DNA of 36,934 nucleotides from Nemertoderma westbladi (GCA_032718475.1 JAUCBJ010006356.1:1-36934); one strand, 5' to 3'; counted from the stretch's first letter, positions 22,227 through 34,509 are shown. Translations and numbers: made by a program. The notes: generated from the letters alone by a model not told the origin.

Positions 22227-22496
22227 ACAACATGAATAGACCATGCAGTTAGGTGTATAATAATACTGTTCGGGTTTGTAATTAGCACAACATTAATTTG
22301 ACCATGCAGTTAGGTGTATAATAATACTGTTCGGGTTTGCAGTTAGCACAACATTAATTAGACCTTGCAGTTAGGTGTATAATAATACTGTTTGGGTTTG
22401 CAGTTAGCACAACATTAATTAGACCTTGCAGTTAGGTGTACAGTAATACTGTTCAGGTTTGCAGTTAGCACAACATTAATAGACAATGCAGTTAGG
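22227..22496. repeat. 61-bp minisatellite x~4.3
   Basis: gacc.tgcagttaggtgtataataatactgttcgggtttgcagttagcacaacattaatt units start at 22239, 22300, 22361, 22422 and 22482. Confidence 0.93.
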
Positions 22497-22594
22497 GCTA
22501 TGGTATATGTGTAGTCTTTACCACCCTTGTACTCTAGCGACCTTCCAGAGAATTTGTTAGTTAGGTGTATAGTTGATTTGCATTAACACTTTGG

Positions 22595-23185
<591 letters not shown>

Positions 23186-23651
23186 TAGGATCAGAGGCTA
23201 GAGGGCGTAAGGACACGCAACAGTTTTAGACGTTTATGTATCAGAAAACGTTTACTTGTATTCGTTATAGAGAACATGGACTCGTATTCGTTTATTTAGT
23301 TAATTTGATCTCCATTTCTATTTAATTAAACAATTAAAATAATTTTGTTATTTAAAAAAATGGAAAAGATTAAAAAGATAGGTAGACTGACAAATTTAAA
23401 AATTACCAAAATACAATTACATTTCGGGCGGTGAATCTAAAAATACTAAAAATCCAAACATGGCTAATAATGGAGGTAGAATATGTGGATGAGGCTGATA
23501 AAAATAATTAAAATACACAACACAATCTGAGGCTGTGAATTTAATTGAATTTGGCACGTTAACTGAAATGCAAATAAAATGTAGTTGATTGGATTAAAAT
23601 CAAGCGAAAAGTTTGTAGAAAGGTATTTAAAAAAAAAAAAAAAAGTTATAT

Positions 23652-23945
23652 TTATTGATTAGTGAATGGCGATTCGGTTTCATTAGTTATTTTTTCGAGG
23701 TAATACTTCGTAACTTCATGTTTAAAAACAATTATTGAACTGGAATTTGTTATGGTGGTGGGGAGATTATTCCACAGCTTGGGGCCGAAGAAACTGAATG
23801 AGCTCTGGCCGTAAACCGTGTGTCTATGTGGAACGGATGCCGGTTCGCATGTTGATCGAAGGGAGTAGTTGGCTTCCCGGAAGTCGATGAGGTCCGCTAG
23901 GTACTGGGGTGCTTGGCTGTGTTTGATTTTGTACACCCACGCGAG
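23652..23945 (-). mobile_element. C-terminal fragment of a CR1/L2-group LINE ORF2
   Basis: VYKIKHSQAPQYL...YSLRS...TVYGQSSFSFFGPKLWNNLP...SIIVFK is the typical ORF2 terminus of the CR1/L2 group. Confidence 0.8.
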
Positions 23946-23959
23946 AATTACGGCAATTA

Positions 23960-25010
23960 CGGAAAAAAGTGTATTTTGCGAAATTGCACATCTCCTATCA
24001 TCGCGAATCTTCATATTAAAATCTTCACACCTCGCTTTATAGATATCATTAAAAAGCTGGCGTTCCAAAGATTCCAAATATGTAACAATGTTTGAATTTC
24101 ATTGAGAAACAGCTGAGATATAGGCGTTCAAAAATTGCAAGAATTATTGTTCGCAGCAGGCCATTTATTCTATTTAATAAATACACAATATTCTGGAACA
24201 AATTGTTTATATATGATTAGCTACGCAATATAGATATTGTTTAGGCATACTGTACCACAGCACTGTTGCCAACCAACTCATAAAATAAATAACACGTTCT
24301 AGAATTGTGTGTATTTATTAAATAGAATAAATGGCCTACAGCGAACAATAATTTTTGCAATCTTTGAACGCCTATTTCTCAGCTGTTTCTCAACGAAATT
24401 CAGATATTGTTACATATTTGGAATCCTTGGACCGCAAGCTTTCTATTGATGTGAAAAAATTACGACTACATAATGTGGAGAATGGCAATGATACGGATGG
24501 TGCGATTTCGCAAAAGACACATTTTTAAAACGGTTATAAAAAAATTTAAAGGCGAAATCTAAATTTCCGGCTTCTTCGTAACAACCACGATGAGTTGAAC
24601 TAGTTGTGTTTCAAATTTCAAGCAATATGATTAAAGATTTGTATAAAAATTTGTGGGGGGGGGGGGGGGGGGGGGGCCGTGTCATCCGAAAATGACACTA
24701 TATTACTGGTCATGGTGTATATTTACATGGTATTAACTTCCATACAGTAATTGCCCCGCGTGAGGGACAAATATAAACTAAAATATTAAAATCTACACGC
24801 TGAAAATATATCTGCAGAAGTCGAAAAGGATTAACTTTGGAATGAATAGAAACCACAATAATTCTAATCCGTTGAAATCACTCATTATGTCCTCTGATTT
24901 TGACTTTTTATGTCCGCCGGAAAATTACGATTAGGTACCAGTTTCCTTGCGACAAGGTATCTCTACTGCTGTTCTCTTAGAAGGCTATCAGTCTGTCAGT
25001 ATACCGGTCC
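23960..25010. mobile_element. Foldback/long-TIR palindromic element (arms ~23964-24199 and ~24296-24530; right arm continues to ~25010)
   Basis: For example, gattccaaatatgtaacaat..gaatttc.ttgagaaacagctgaga.ataggcgttcaaa..ttgcaa is mirrored across a ~100-bp spacer. The left arm is cut at the LINE fragment. Confidence 0.8.
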
Positions 25011-25752
25011 GGTGTATCAGGAAAATTTGCCCCATGTTTAATCTGTCCCCACGGGTATAATAAATCTCCTAGGGTATTTCGCTCCGCCGGGCATAATCCC
25101 CTCAGGATAATTTGCCTCCCCATTTTGCAGCACACCTAGCCTGCATCGGTATTAGTACGTTTGAACGACACTAGCCAAACAAGCCTGAAGTCTGGAGAGA
25201 TGGGGGGGGGGGGGGACTGGACGCAAAACCCGCTTTGGCGAATTAATATCCCGCCTCAATTTAGGGAAAGGAGCAGGTTACAGTGGCACGTTATTTTAAC
25301 CAAAACAATAAACTAAACACAATAGATCAGGTTACAGTTTTATTTTTGAGAGTTATCATCTGTTATTTGCGTCCAATTTCCCCTGGAGAGGGATGCATTT
25401 TTATTGCGTCCAGTTTCCCCTCCCATCTGGAAGTCAGATAAATTAATGGTACCAGTACCGGTATAGAGACGTTCCAGAACGATCAGTTTGTTTATGCTTA
25501 CTAGCACGGAGCATCGCCAAACAAGCCGCATGATTCCCCTGCCCTGTCCTTTACCAGCGCAATTTTAGATTGTGCAGTACAAAGTACAACCCAGAAAAGG
25601 ACAAAGACGTGTAGGGTTGGTTGCCCAATTGGTTGTAGAGTACGGGGGAGAAGCAAACTCAATAGCGCGCTCCTCAATCTCGATCAGTTTACCAATCTCA
25701 ATAAAATTCAATTTATCCATGACGGTGACAGTAACAGTCGTAGGACCAATAC

Positions 25753-25958
25753 TAGTGTTGAGAACTGTAACTGTACTGTAATTATACTGTAACTGCAACT
25801 GTAACTGAATGATTTTGATGATTTTTTTGATACTGTAACTATAACTGTAACTGTAATTGCGAATTTTGAATACTGACTGTAACTGAAACTGTTTTACGAA
25901 TTTTGAATACTGTAACTGAAACTGAAATTAACAAAATCCGATTCAGTTCTCAATCACA
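25753..25958. mobile_element. Small MITE-like element with (actgta)n internal repeats
   Basis: ttgagaactg at the left end and cagttctcaa at the right end; interior made of aactgt repeats. Confidence 0.5.
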
Positions 25959-26490
25959 CAATTAACATGAATGAGCATTTAAAACAGTATTGTAATAAAG
26001 TATATAGTATAGTTTAATAAATGAATAACAGTGGTTACCATAGGTATCATTTTTAAAACATTGTTATAAAAAACAATCTCATTTTTTCCACTTCTAAACA
26101 AAACCGTAATATTACACAATAAAAAAAAGACCCATTGCCCACTTAGCTCAAATGTGATTTATTTGGCGAGTCAAGTAGTGAACGAAGATCTACAGTAGCA
26201 TATACACAGTCGGAGTCTCAAAGTGCATATGTTCTTTGAGATTTTCTCAAAGAACTAAAAGTGTCTCAAAGTTCTAAAAGTGGTCCAAGAAAATGACAAA
26301 ATGTCCTCAAAGATTTCAAAGTAGTACTGTCAGTCATTTCATATACATTTACAACTGTTTAGGCTACATATCAGAGTACCGGCATCAGTATCTATTCTAC
26401 AGTAGCTGAGTAGTATAATGCTATATAATTCTTTCTAAGGCATAGGCTTTATACCTACATACAATACAGCAATACTGCAAAATACTGCTC

Positions 26491-27090
26491 TACCGGTACT
26501 GATAGCCTAAGAGAACAGCAGTAGTAGAGAAACCGGTAGCATGCAACCTAACCGTAAATTTCCGGCGGACATAAAAAATAAAAAAAAGGACATGAGTGTA
26601 TTGATTGTCATAGAAATAATGCCATGCCATATCTTACCAAAGTTTGGGCCAGTGACGAATTTTAACCGTCACTGTTCCAATGGCGTCGTTGGTGTAGTGG
26701 TTAGCATTGTTGCTTCCCAAGCAATAGACCCGGGTTCGACTCCCGGACGACGCAAGAGAGTTTAGTTTTTTTATTTTCATATTCAGGTTCCTCCCCCCCC
26801 CCCCTAAATTTTTCTACAAATCTTAATGTAATTTGAAACAGAGATAGTTTCACCTCCCTCCTCCTCCGTGGGTGAGCCAGAATTTGTATGTTTGCTTTCC
26901 TTCTTTAGCTACAAACGTTTGAAAAAGGTGTCTCCGGCGATATTTCACATGTTACAACGCAGTTATTCTTTAACCATGATTTGTTGGTACTGATGGAAAG
27001 CTGGCCATGCAAGGATTACAAATATGTAACACAATCTGAATTTCGTGCTTGAAACATAGCTAAGATGTGGGCGTTTGAAAGTTGAATGGT
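26491..27090. repeat. Further diverged copy of the foldback arm, inverted relative to 24340-25010, interrupted by the tRNA gene
   Basis: gatagcctaagagaacagcagtag, aatttccggcggacataaaaa, aaatttttctacaaatct and caaggattacaaatatgtaac are reverse complements of blocks in 24400-24990. Confidence 0.75.
26683..26754 (+). tRNA. tRNA-Gly (anticodon CCC)
   Basis: Complete cloverleaf: acceptor GCGTCGT/ACGACGC plus discriminator A; A-box TGGTGTAGTGG; anticodon stem GTTGC/GCAAT with loop TT-CCC-AA (CCC at 26716-26718); T arm CCGGG-TTCGACT-CCCGG. Oligo-T Pol III terminator at ~26766-26772; no encoded CCA. Confidence 0.95.
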
Positions 27091-28112
27091 TTTACACTTG
27101 CGCGAGGCTGTTTTATGGTGTGTGGTATATAGGCCTATATACTGTTGAGTAGCAGTGCGCGGTCTGGCCCCTACACTAACTGAAGTTCCAGAAGAACAAA
27201 ATGAACATCCGTATCCGTCTACTTTTGATATTTAGTATAATCAATGAATATTTTTATTTATTGTTGCAGTTTACTCAAACGCTCCAAATACAGTAAGTAG
27301 CAAAACATTTGTTTCGCGGTTATGTTACAGATAACAAATAATACTTTCTTCGGAAACAATAATTATAATAATTGCAGAAATATTTTTAAATGAAAACCAA
27401 ATGAACAAATATGAACGTAAAATAGGCCACAAAATCACATAACCATGTGAGTAGGTCTACGATATGTGACAATAAATTTAAGGTGGGGGTAGCACCCCCT
27501 ATTTGCAAGTTGTCAGAAAAATTTCAATCCTATCATGTGTCGAATTTATTGGAGATTTCAAATCTGCAAGCAGCTTTCTCATATATTTTCTCAACCTCAA
27601 GTTATTAGCCAAAACGTAAGAGCTAGACTGATTTTGACAAGCCTTCGAGCAGCGCGATACTTTACAATAATTGAATAAGGCCTTTTCTTAAAGAGGCTCT
27701 CCATGGTACAACTTGCTAACTTGCTTGATAAACTTGCTAAAAAGTAATTTTATTGGCTATATTTTTGGCAAGGATAGACAATTTCGTTGAATTTCATTCA
27801 ATTTTGGCAAAGTTATTGTTGAACAAAGAACAATGGTATTATATCTAAACTTTAACCTTTATCTTAGAATGAACTTGTTTTTCATGAAAAAGGCTATTTA
27901 TCCGCTAATTTTAAGTGAAATACGTTTAAATTCGGTAACTTGTTCAGAATACCTTTGTCAATAAATCTTCCAATCAAATTTTGCTAAAAATTCTCTGGGA
28001 AGTTTTTAGATTAACAAGTCCAAAAAATTGCTCTTTTGGGGCAATTTAACAGGGGAAGTGAAAAAGGAGCTTAACAAAAACAAATGTAAAACATTTCTCA
28101 CTTTGCACTCAA

Positions 28113-28944
28113 AGCCCCCCCCCCCCCCCCCCCCCCTCACAAGGAGCAACTTGTTTCTGCAATTTGTTTCTGAAACTTGTTGCTGGACTCCCTCACACAC
28201 AGAAATAAGTTGCGGAAACAAGTTGCAGAAACTTGTTGCTGGAGTCCTCACACACAGAAACAAGTTTCGGAAACAAGTTGCAGCAACTAGTTTCTGAAAC
28301 TTGTTGCTGGACTCCCTCACACACAGAAATAAGTTGCGGAAACAAGTTGCAGAAACTTGTTGCTGGAGTCCTCACAAACAGAAACAAGTTTCGGAAACAA
28401 GTTGCAGCAACTAGTTTCTGTGTGTGAGGGGGTCCAGCAACAAGTTTCTGTGTGTGAGGGGGTCCAGCAACAAGTTTCTGTGTGTGAGGGGGCCCAGCAA
28501 CAAGTTTCTGTGTGTGAGGGGGCCCAGAAACAAGTTTCTGTGTGTGAGGGGGTCCAGCAACAAGTTTCTGTGTGAGGGGGTCCAGCAACAAGTTTCTGTG
28601 TGTGAGGGGGTCCAGCAACAAGTTTATGTGTGTGAGGGGGTCCAGCAACAAGTTTATGTGTGTGAGGGGGTCCAGCAACAAGTTTCTGTGTGTGAGGGGG
28701 TCCAGCAACAAGTTTATGTGTGTGAGGGGGTCCAGCAACAAGTTTATGTGTGTGAAGGGGTCCAGCAACAAGTTTCTGTGTGTGAGGGGGTCCAGCAACA
28801 AGTTTATGTGTGTGAGGGGGTCCAGCAACAAGTTTATGTGTGTGAGGGGGTCCAGCAACAAGTTTATGTGTGTGAGGGGGTCCAGCAACAAGTTTATGTG
28901 TGTGAGGGGGTCCAGCAACAAGTTGCTCCGTGTGAGGGGGGGCC
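28113..28944. mobile_element. PIF/Harbinger-like MITE with an internal 30-bp tandem array (~17 copies, 28411-28918)
   Basis: TIRs (a/g)gccccc..ctcaca.ggagcaacttgtt / aacaagttgctccgtgtgagggggggcc, flanked by caa/taa (near 3-bp TWA TSD). The unit caagttt(c/a)tgtgtgtgagggggtccagcaa resembles the TIR; inverted units occur at 28150-28410. Confidence 0.75.
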
Positions 28945-29129
28945 TAACGATATTAACCTTTCTCTATTGGAGAATATAATATCTTTGGCGTAGCGAAAAC
29001 ATTTTTAAAATTAAACAATTCTTTTTTTACATATCTTAAAGACTAGACTTAAATTAAATTAAATAAATAGCCTCTATCCCAACAAAATGTAAATATACAA
29101 CATTACAATTAATTATGCAAATAATTAAT

Positions 29130-29778
29130 GTGAGGACCAAGGATCAAGGTGAGGACCTTCGAATACGTAAGGGAAAGGCTTGGGCGGGCAGCCTTGAATA
29201 GGCCTTCCAGGATTTGGAAGTCACACAGAATTCATCGGAAACTTAAAGTCCGATTATTTAGAGCAGTAGTTCCAGTACACCTCCCATCGCTCTAACTGCT
29301 GAGGACACCAAATCTCTGGATGGCACATTCACAAGAATGCTACGCCGGGTTTACCAACCAGATACTACTGTACGCGTACATGAGGTGTCTCGGTGGTTCC
29401 CCCAAGCTTGACACTAGAACAAAGCCGCCTCCGCTTTGCAGGACATTGTTTTCACCGTGAGGACCAGCCTGTGCACAATCTTGTGCTTTGGCAACCCCAT
29501 GGAGAAGAGAAGCATGGTGAACAGCCCATGACTTTTGTCAGACACCTCTTAAACGGCACTGGCCTAGAAGGTGCGGATGGTCTCGCGAAATTCATTGGGG
29601 TAGGGAGTTGTGGTGGTGCAACTTTTTTGACAGGCCGACATAGCATTCTTAATGCACGCTGCATTGGGTTTGGCAATTGTAGATTGCGTGGTGGTGACCA
29701 AATGTTTTTGTTAAGCCGGCATAGCATCTTGATGTGCAGTTTCAATGCAGCAGGCCGATTATAATAGTAGTAGTAGTA
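29130..29778 (+). mobile_element. 3' fragment of the same RTE LINE family, with a duplicated 3' end and (TAG)n tail
   Basis: Reverse-complement match to 21040-21515 with internal deletions; PPSLTLEQSRLRFAGHCFHREDQPVH. The terminal segment occurs twice (~29605-29665 and ~29685-29760) and is followed by tagtagtagtagta. Confidence 0.88.
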
Positions 29779-30008
29779 TGCCAAAAAAAAACCGAGAATA
29801 TTGACGTTAGAAATGAAGTCACCTCACAGGAAAACGAAATAAGTTACATAGTATTTGGTATCCTTATTTTCTGACAATCAATGTCAGGCGGCAGATACAG
29901 ACAACTTTGATGATCATATAATCTTACAACTAAACACCAAAAAATTCTTGCAAACATTTAATTTTGTTCTAAAGTAATAGGGTATCCTACTAACCAAATC
30001 TTGAGCTA

Positions 30009-30232
30009 GGAGTAGCGCCCACCCCTACCCTCGGGTAGCAGCAGATGGAGTAGCGCCCACGCCTACCCTCGGGTAGCAGCAGATGGAGTAGCGCCCACCC
30101 CTACCCTCGAGTAGCAGCAGATGGAGTAGCGCACACCCCTACCCTCGAGTAGCAGCAGATGGAGTAGCGCCCACCCCTACCCTCGGGTAGCAGCAGATAG
30201 AGTAGCGCCCACGCCTACCCTCGAGTAGCAGC
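30009..30232. repeat. 38-bp minisatellite x6 downstream of the prominin gene
   Basis: ggagtagcgcccacccctaccctcgggtagcagcagat units start at 30009, 30047, 30085, 30123, 30161 and 30199; most contain the hairpin CTACC-CTCG-GGTAG. Confidence 0.95.
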
Positions 30233-30467
30233 TATCGAAAGAGGAGCCTTCTGGTTGCCTGCGGCTTCGGCCGACTGTTTGCTTTACTACTATCCAATAT
30301 ATTGAAATTATAATTGATTGACCATAAATATAGTATATAACAATAGCTCTGAATTGAAATACCTAGAGTATGGTTTAAAATAATACAAGGATTAGATTTA
30401 GAACTGAGTAAGGATGTGTTCATTTCTGAAAAATCAATCGTTTTCCATTGGAGAAAAGTGACTGAAT

Positions 30468-32999
30468 TTAATCTGAATTATCGTCTAGGTTGTCATAGTT
30501 AATAGACACTCCCTTAATCCTCCTGTAATGATTCGAAGATAAAATTAGGAGCACCATGGCAACAACAGTGGTTACTGCAATCCAACCTGTGGCGAACCAT
30601 GCCCCGTTGATGGTTGGTAGCGTTCCAGAACAAACAGACCAAGTTATACCTTTGTAGACATTCCAAATCGGTAAACACTTCCCAAAGTTTATCTTTAACA
30701 TTGAATTGTTGCCTGTAAGTACATGAGCTGCGTAATCCATGATATAACCCTTATATTTTTCTTTAATGTCATCCCCTCTTTTACAGGATGACATTGTGCA
30801 GCTATCCCCGACTTTATTTGATTCGTTATCAAGGGCTGTTTTGAAATCAATAGTTGCATCTATGTAATTTATTAAACCATCTATATATACGATGTAAGCA
30901 TCATTGGCGATGTCCTTCTTACTTTTAACAGTCGCACCTTCGACGGTTGCGATGTTCAACATACTGCTATAAATAGGATCAACTTCAGCATCTTTCTCTG
31001 CGTGAGAACCACCAGTAGTGAACTCCAGAAGTTTTCCTACAATAGTTGCTGCGGGAGCGGCGCCATCAGCAAACTCTATTCCATCGTCGAGGATGTTGCA
31101 ATCAGTGGCTGGATCATGGTGTGTGCCCAAGTCGATGCATTCTCCGTAGGACATTGTAATGATGATAAGTGTTTCATTGAAAAATATAGGTGATGTTCTC
31201 AATTCTATAGAAGTGAAATGATCATGAATTGAGTCACCTGCTCCACCATAAAGACGGGGCGAGCTGCTCAAATGTTTAGCTAACTGGACTGTTATGTTGT
31301 CAAAATCTTTATCGGTGAACATACTGTCAGCATCCAGCTGCATTTCAATGTGTTTCATTTCCTCCATACTTCCTAAAGATACCGCTTCGTAAATGCCTTT
31401 GTTTTGTTTGCAACTGTCGAGCATTTTTGCCATATTGCTTCCCGGAAAAATGTCAGCTATTGGATCCTCTAATATGGGGTTGGTTCTCATGAAAATGTCT
31501 TCGATAAATTGACCGGATTCAACATCTTTGCAGAAGGCGGTGATTGGAACAAGTGCTGTAAAGCCAATAAACGTTATAAACATGAGTAACCAAACAATAA
31601 AAACTCCAAAAAAAGTGGCCATAGGCATCATTAAACAGGCGCCAAAGTTACTCAACTTTGTCCGTTTAGATGCAACCACATTCCTGTAGCCGATACTACC
31701 CAAGAAAAACGCCATTATAGATAACAGTGGAATAACGAATCCTAATATAAAGATCCCAATTCCAAAATTGTCTTGCGCCTTTGTTGCTCCTGATATTTTT
31801 ATTGATTCTAATATGGAGAATGTATCATTTAATTCGCCCATTGTGGAATCGAAATCTGCAATGGAATCGGCGACATGAATTGAATCTAAATGATTCTTAA
31901 TGTCTTCCAAAGTGGATGAAATCAATGAATTTATGTGCTTTCCATAAATATCTAGTACGACACTAACAGTTGGCGCCTGGGGAATACTCATGTTAGTTAA
32001 AAATGTAGAAGAAGTAGAACTCATTGCTGTCATAGCAACAATACTCTTAAGTGGTTCTTCTGTAAGATTCTTTAAAGCACCACAACAGGATAATTCTAAA
32101 ATTTTCAGCTTTTCTTCTTGAATCATAGCCAGAATGTTATTGTAAGCCGTCATGTAATCAGTGTATTTTGTGATAAAATCATCTAATTGATAAAATAATT
32201 TATCTGTTTCTTCGGCGTAGATGTCTATATGACTTTGTATGTGACATTCTTCGTTGACTAATGGACCGCTGAAAATATGCGGATCGCTGAGCTTCTCCTT
32301 GTACCAGTTCCTGAAGTGGTCGAACTGCCTTCCTACAAGCCAATAGATATCAGATACAATATCGGCTATATAGGCCGTCGCATCGTAGGGAACATCAGTA
32401 ACGAGGATGCGTTTCATATTACCGGGAACTTCGAGTATCATGTGTTTATTATTCCGATAGATCAGCACCGCTCCTGTCAAAACTAGTATAATCATAGCTA
32501 ATGTTGCCAATGACAACATCACACATACCCGGAAATTTGAATTGTTGCGTTTCCTTTTACTTCCACATTTTCCACTGCACCGGCAAATGCAGAAGACCAC
32601 CCAAATAGGAAACCATAGTAGGAGAAATAGTAAGCCCAGTGTTACTCCGACTAGGTATCCGAAAAGCGGCTTCATGTTGTCTCCAATCACGGATAATATT
32701 TCGCCGGTGTCCAAACTGCTGCCATTTTGCAAAGGTGCGAATATCCTATCCATGACGTCTTTTGTGGGAAATTCTGTAATGGCACTTGATATGAATAGAT
32801 TTACCATACTATAGTAAGGCGCCATGGCTCCGTAGTCAGACGTAATTTCGTCGCCTGTGAGTTTATATATAAGGTTATCCTCAGGCAGTGGATCAAATAC
32901 TGGTTCTCCATTGTCTCCTGTGTGCACTGTTGTAGGCCATGTTGTTGTGACGGAAGCAATGAACATTAAAACATAAATCAATCTTGCGAAAAACACCAT
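30468..32999 (-). CDS. Prominin-like pentaspan membrane glycoprotein (843 aa, intronless ORF)
   Basis: ATG at 32999 gives a signal peptide (MVFFARLIYVLMFIASVTTT). Five TM segments; Cys-rich FCICRCSGKCG after TM1; IGYR...KRTKLSNFGACLMM loop; C-terminal GKCLPIWNVY...VC...INGAWFATGW, all typical of prominins. Confidence 0.9.
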   Translation of the reverse strand: MVFFARLIYVLMFIASVTTTWPTTVHTGDNGEPVFDPLPEDNLIYKLTGDEITSDYGAMAPYYSMVNLFISSAITEFPTKDVMDRIFAPLQNGSSLDTGEILSVIGDNMKPLFGYLVGVTLGLLFLLLWFPIWVVFCICRCSGKCGSKRKRNNSNFRVCVMLSLATLAMIILVLTGAVLIYRNNKHMILEVPGNMKRILVTDVPYDATAYIADIVSDIYWLVGRQFDHFRNWYKEKLSDPHIFSGPLVNEECHIQSHIDIYAEETDKLFYQLDDFITKYTDYMTAYNNILAMIQEEKLKILELSCCGALKNLTEEPLKSIVAMTAMSSTSSTFLTNMSIPQAPTVSVVLDIYGKHINSLISSTLEDIKNHLDSIHVADSIADFDSTMGELNDTFSILESIKISGATKAQDNFGIGIFILGFVIPLLSIMAFFLGSIGYRNVVASKRTKLSNFGACLMMPMATFFGVFIVWLLMFITFIGFTALVPITAFCKDVESGQFIEDIFMRTNPILEDPIADIFPGSNMAKMLDSCKQNKGIYEAVSLGSMEEMKHIEMQLDADSMFTDKDFDNITVQLAKHLSSSPRLYGGAGDSIHDHFTSIELRTSPIFFNETLIIITMSYGECIDLGTHHDPATDCNILDDGIEFADGAAPAATIVGKLLEFTTGGSHAEKDAEVDPIYSSMLNIATVEGATVKSKKDIANDAYIVYIDGLINYIDATIDFKTALDNESNKVGDSCTMSSCKRGDDIKEKYKGYIMDYAAHVLTGNNSMLKINFGKCLPIWNVYKGITWSVCSGTLPTINGAWFATGWIAVTTVVAMVLLILSSNHYRRIKGVSINYDNLDDNSD

Positions 33000-33215
33000 T
33001 GCGAGCCAATTATTCGCCGAGTAAATAGTTGAGATATCAATCAATCTGAAACCGATTAAATTACAATTAACGAAATTAATTTACACTGAGTGACTGAGAT
33101 TATACTATATTAACTTCATGGCGTGTACCGGTACCTAGCACTCCATAATAATATAACATAACATAACCAGCGACGCTCATTGCTGTGATTCTATAATTTC
33201 CCACATGCCACTGAG

Positions 33216-34509
33216 GGTGTTCGGACACTTCCCCCCCGGACACTTCCCCCCGGACAGTTCCCCCCCCCCCCCCCCCCGCTCAAGTAGGACACTTCCCCCC
33301 CGGACACTTCCCCCCCAGACACTTCCCCCCCGCGGACACTTCCCCCCGACTGCTCTTAACTTCTCACATTCGTATTTTTCATTTTGTAAGGTAAACGGAC
33401 CGCTTGTATCCAGATAAGTTGTATCCAATTTTCCTTTCGTAGCTCAGAAAGTGATCTTTTGCATCCCGATTTTACATTTTATATCCAAGTTTTATTTATG
33501 GGTTTTATCAATGCAATTACATCGTATTGTTTGCTAATCTTTAAACAATTAATTATATTAGATAACCTATAAATTCCATCCCCGGAATGATATACTGTTT
33601 TTATTAACTATAGAATTATAATAATTAATTGTTTTAATTATAGGTATTATTATGTAATAGTCTTCTTCAAATTGTAGCAGATGGGGATGAATATTATTGT
33701 TGCAATCAAAATTATACCTCTCCAGGGTAAAATCGACATGCGTCGACCTGTATTCTGTGTTCAGCATTACACATTGATATACTACATATTACTACTATAC
33801 ATACTTTATAGATATTATACACACTACATATTAAATTTCCTGGTTACTTGCAATATTTTTAATAGGATTTTGTTGAATTATATAATATTGTAGTAATTTA
33901 TATATTAAATTGGTTAACATTCAATACAGCTCCTACTTTAGGCTTAGTCAATTTATTATCTGATGATACAAACATGAATTAATTATTTCAAAGTGGTCTT
34001 AAGTCTTTCACCACGGGCACTCAGGGAAATGCCGGGGTCTGGGGGCGATAACCCCCAAGAAAAGAAGCGGGGGTTTGGGGGCGGCAGCCCCCAAGAAAAG
34101 AAGCGGGGGTTTGGGGGCGGTAGCCCCCAACAAAAGAAGCGGGGGTTTGGGGGCGGCAGCCCCCAATTAAAAGAAATTAAAAGAATTAAAGGAATTAAAA
34201 GAAAAACAAACAAAATTTGACTATAAAAATGTTTCTTTTATAATTTTGAAAAAACTTGTCTAGATACAACTTGTCCTGTAACCATCTTTAACTTTTGTTT
34301 ATTGCTTTGATGCACCCAGATTAATTTTAACACTTTAACTGGGGGGGAAGTGTCCGGGGGGCAAGTGTCCGGGGGGGAAGTGTCCTACTTGGGCGGGGGG
34401 GAAGTGTCCGGGGGGGAAGTGTCCTACTTGGGCGGGGGGGAAGTGTCCGGGGGGGAAGTGTCCTACTTGGGCGGGGGGGAAGTGTCCGGGGGGGAAGTGT
34501 CCTAGATCC
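33216..34509. mobile_element. Mutator(MULE)-like non-autonomous element with G-rich subterminal repeats
   Basis: Left arm (ggacacttcccccc)n at 33223-33350 and right arm (ggggggaagtgtcc)n at 34340-34502. 9-bp TSD GCCACTGAG (33207-33215) / GGCACTGAG (34510-34518), one mismatch. Confidence 0.8.
34031..34166. repeat. 36-bp GC-rich tandem repeat x~4, each with a GGGGGC-GGCA-GCCCCC-like hairpin
   Basis: gcgggggtttgggggcggcagcccccaagaaaagaa units at ~34031, 34067, 34103 and 34139. Confidence 0.85.

Noticed and set aside
23946-24077. N-terminal part of the 141-aa minus ORF
   Set aside because: Read-through into the non-coding foldback arm; only 23652-23945 is LINE-derived coding sequence.
25340-25798. 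Short ORFs that might be a decayed coding fragment
   Set aside because: No motif I can recognise, and partly overlapping an (actgta)n repeat; unsupported without a search.
28006-28993. Several ORFs of 70-240 aa on both strands
   Set aside because: They are translations of the 30-bp tandem repeat, which is open in many frames, and have no protein features.
33177-34220. Gly/Pro-rich and GGGSPQEKKR-repeat ORFs
   Set aside because: Translations of MITE subterminal and 36-bp tandem repeats.
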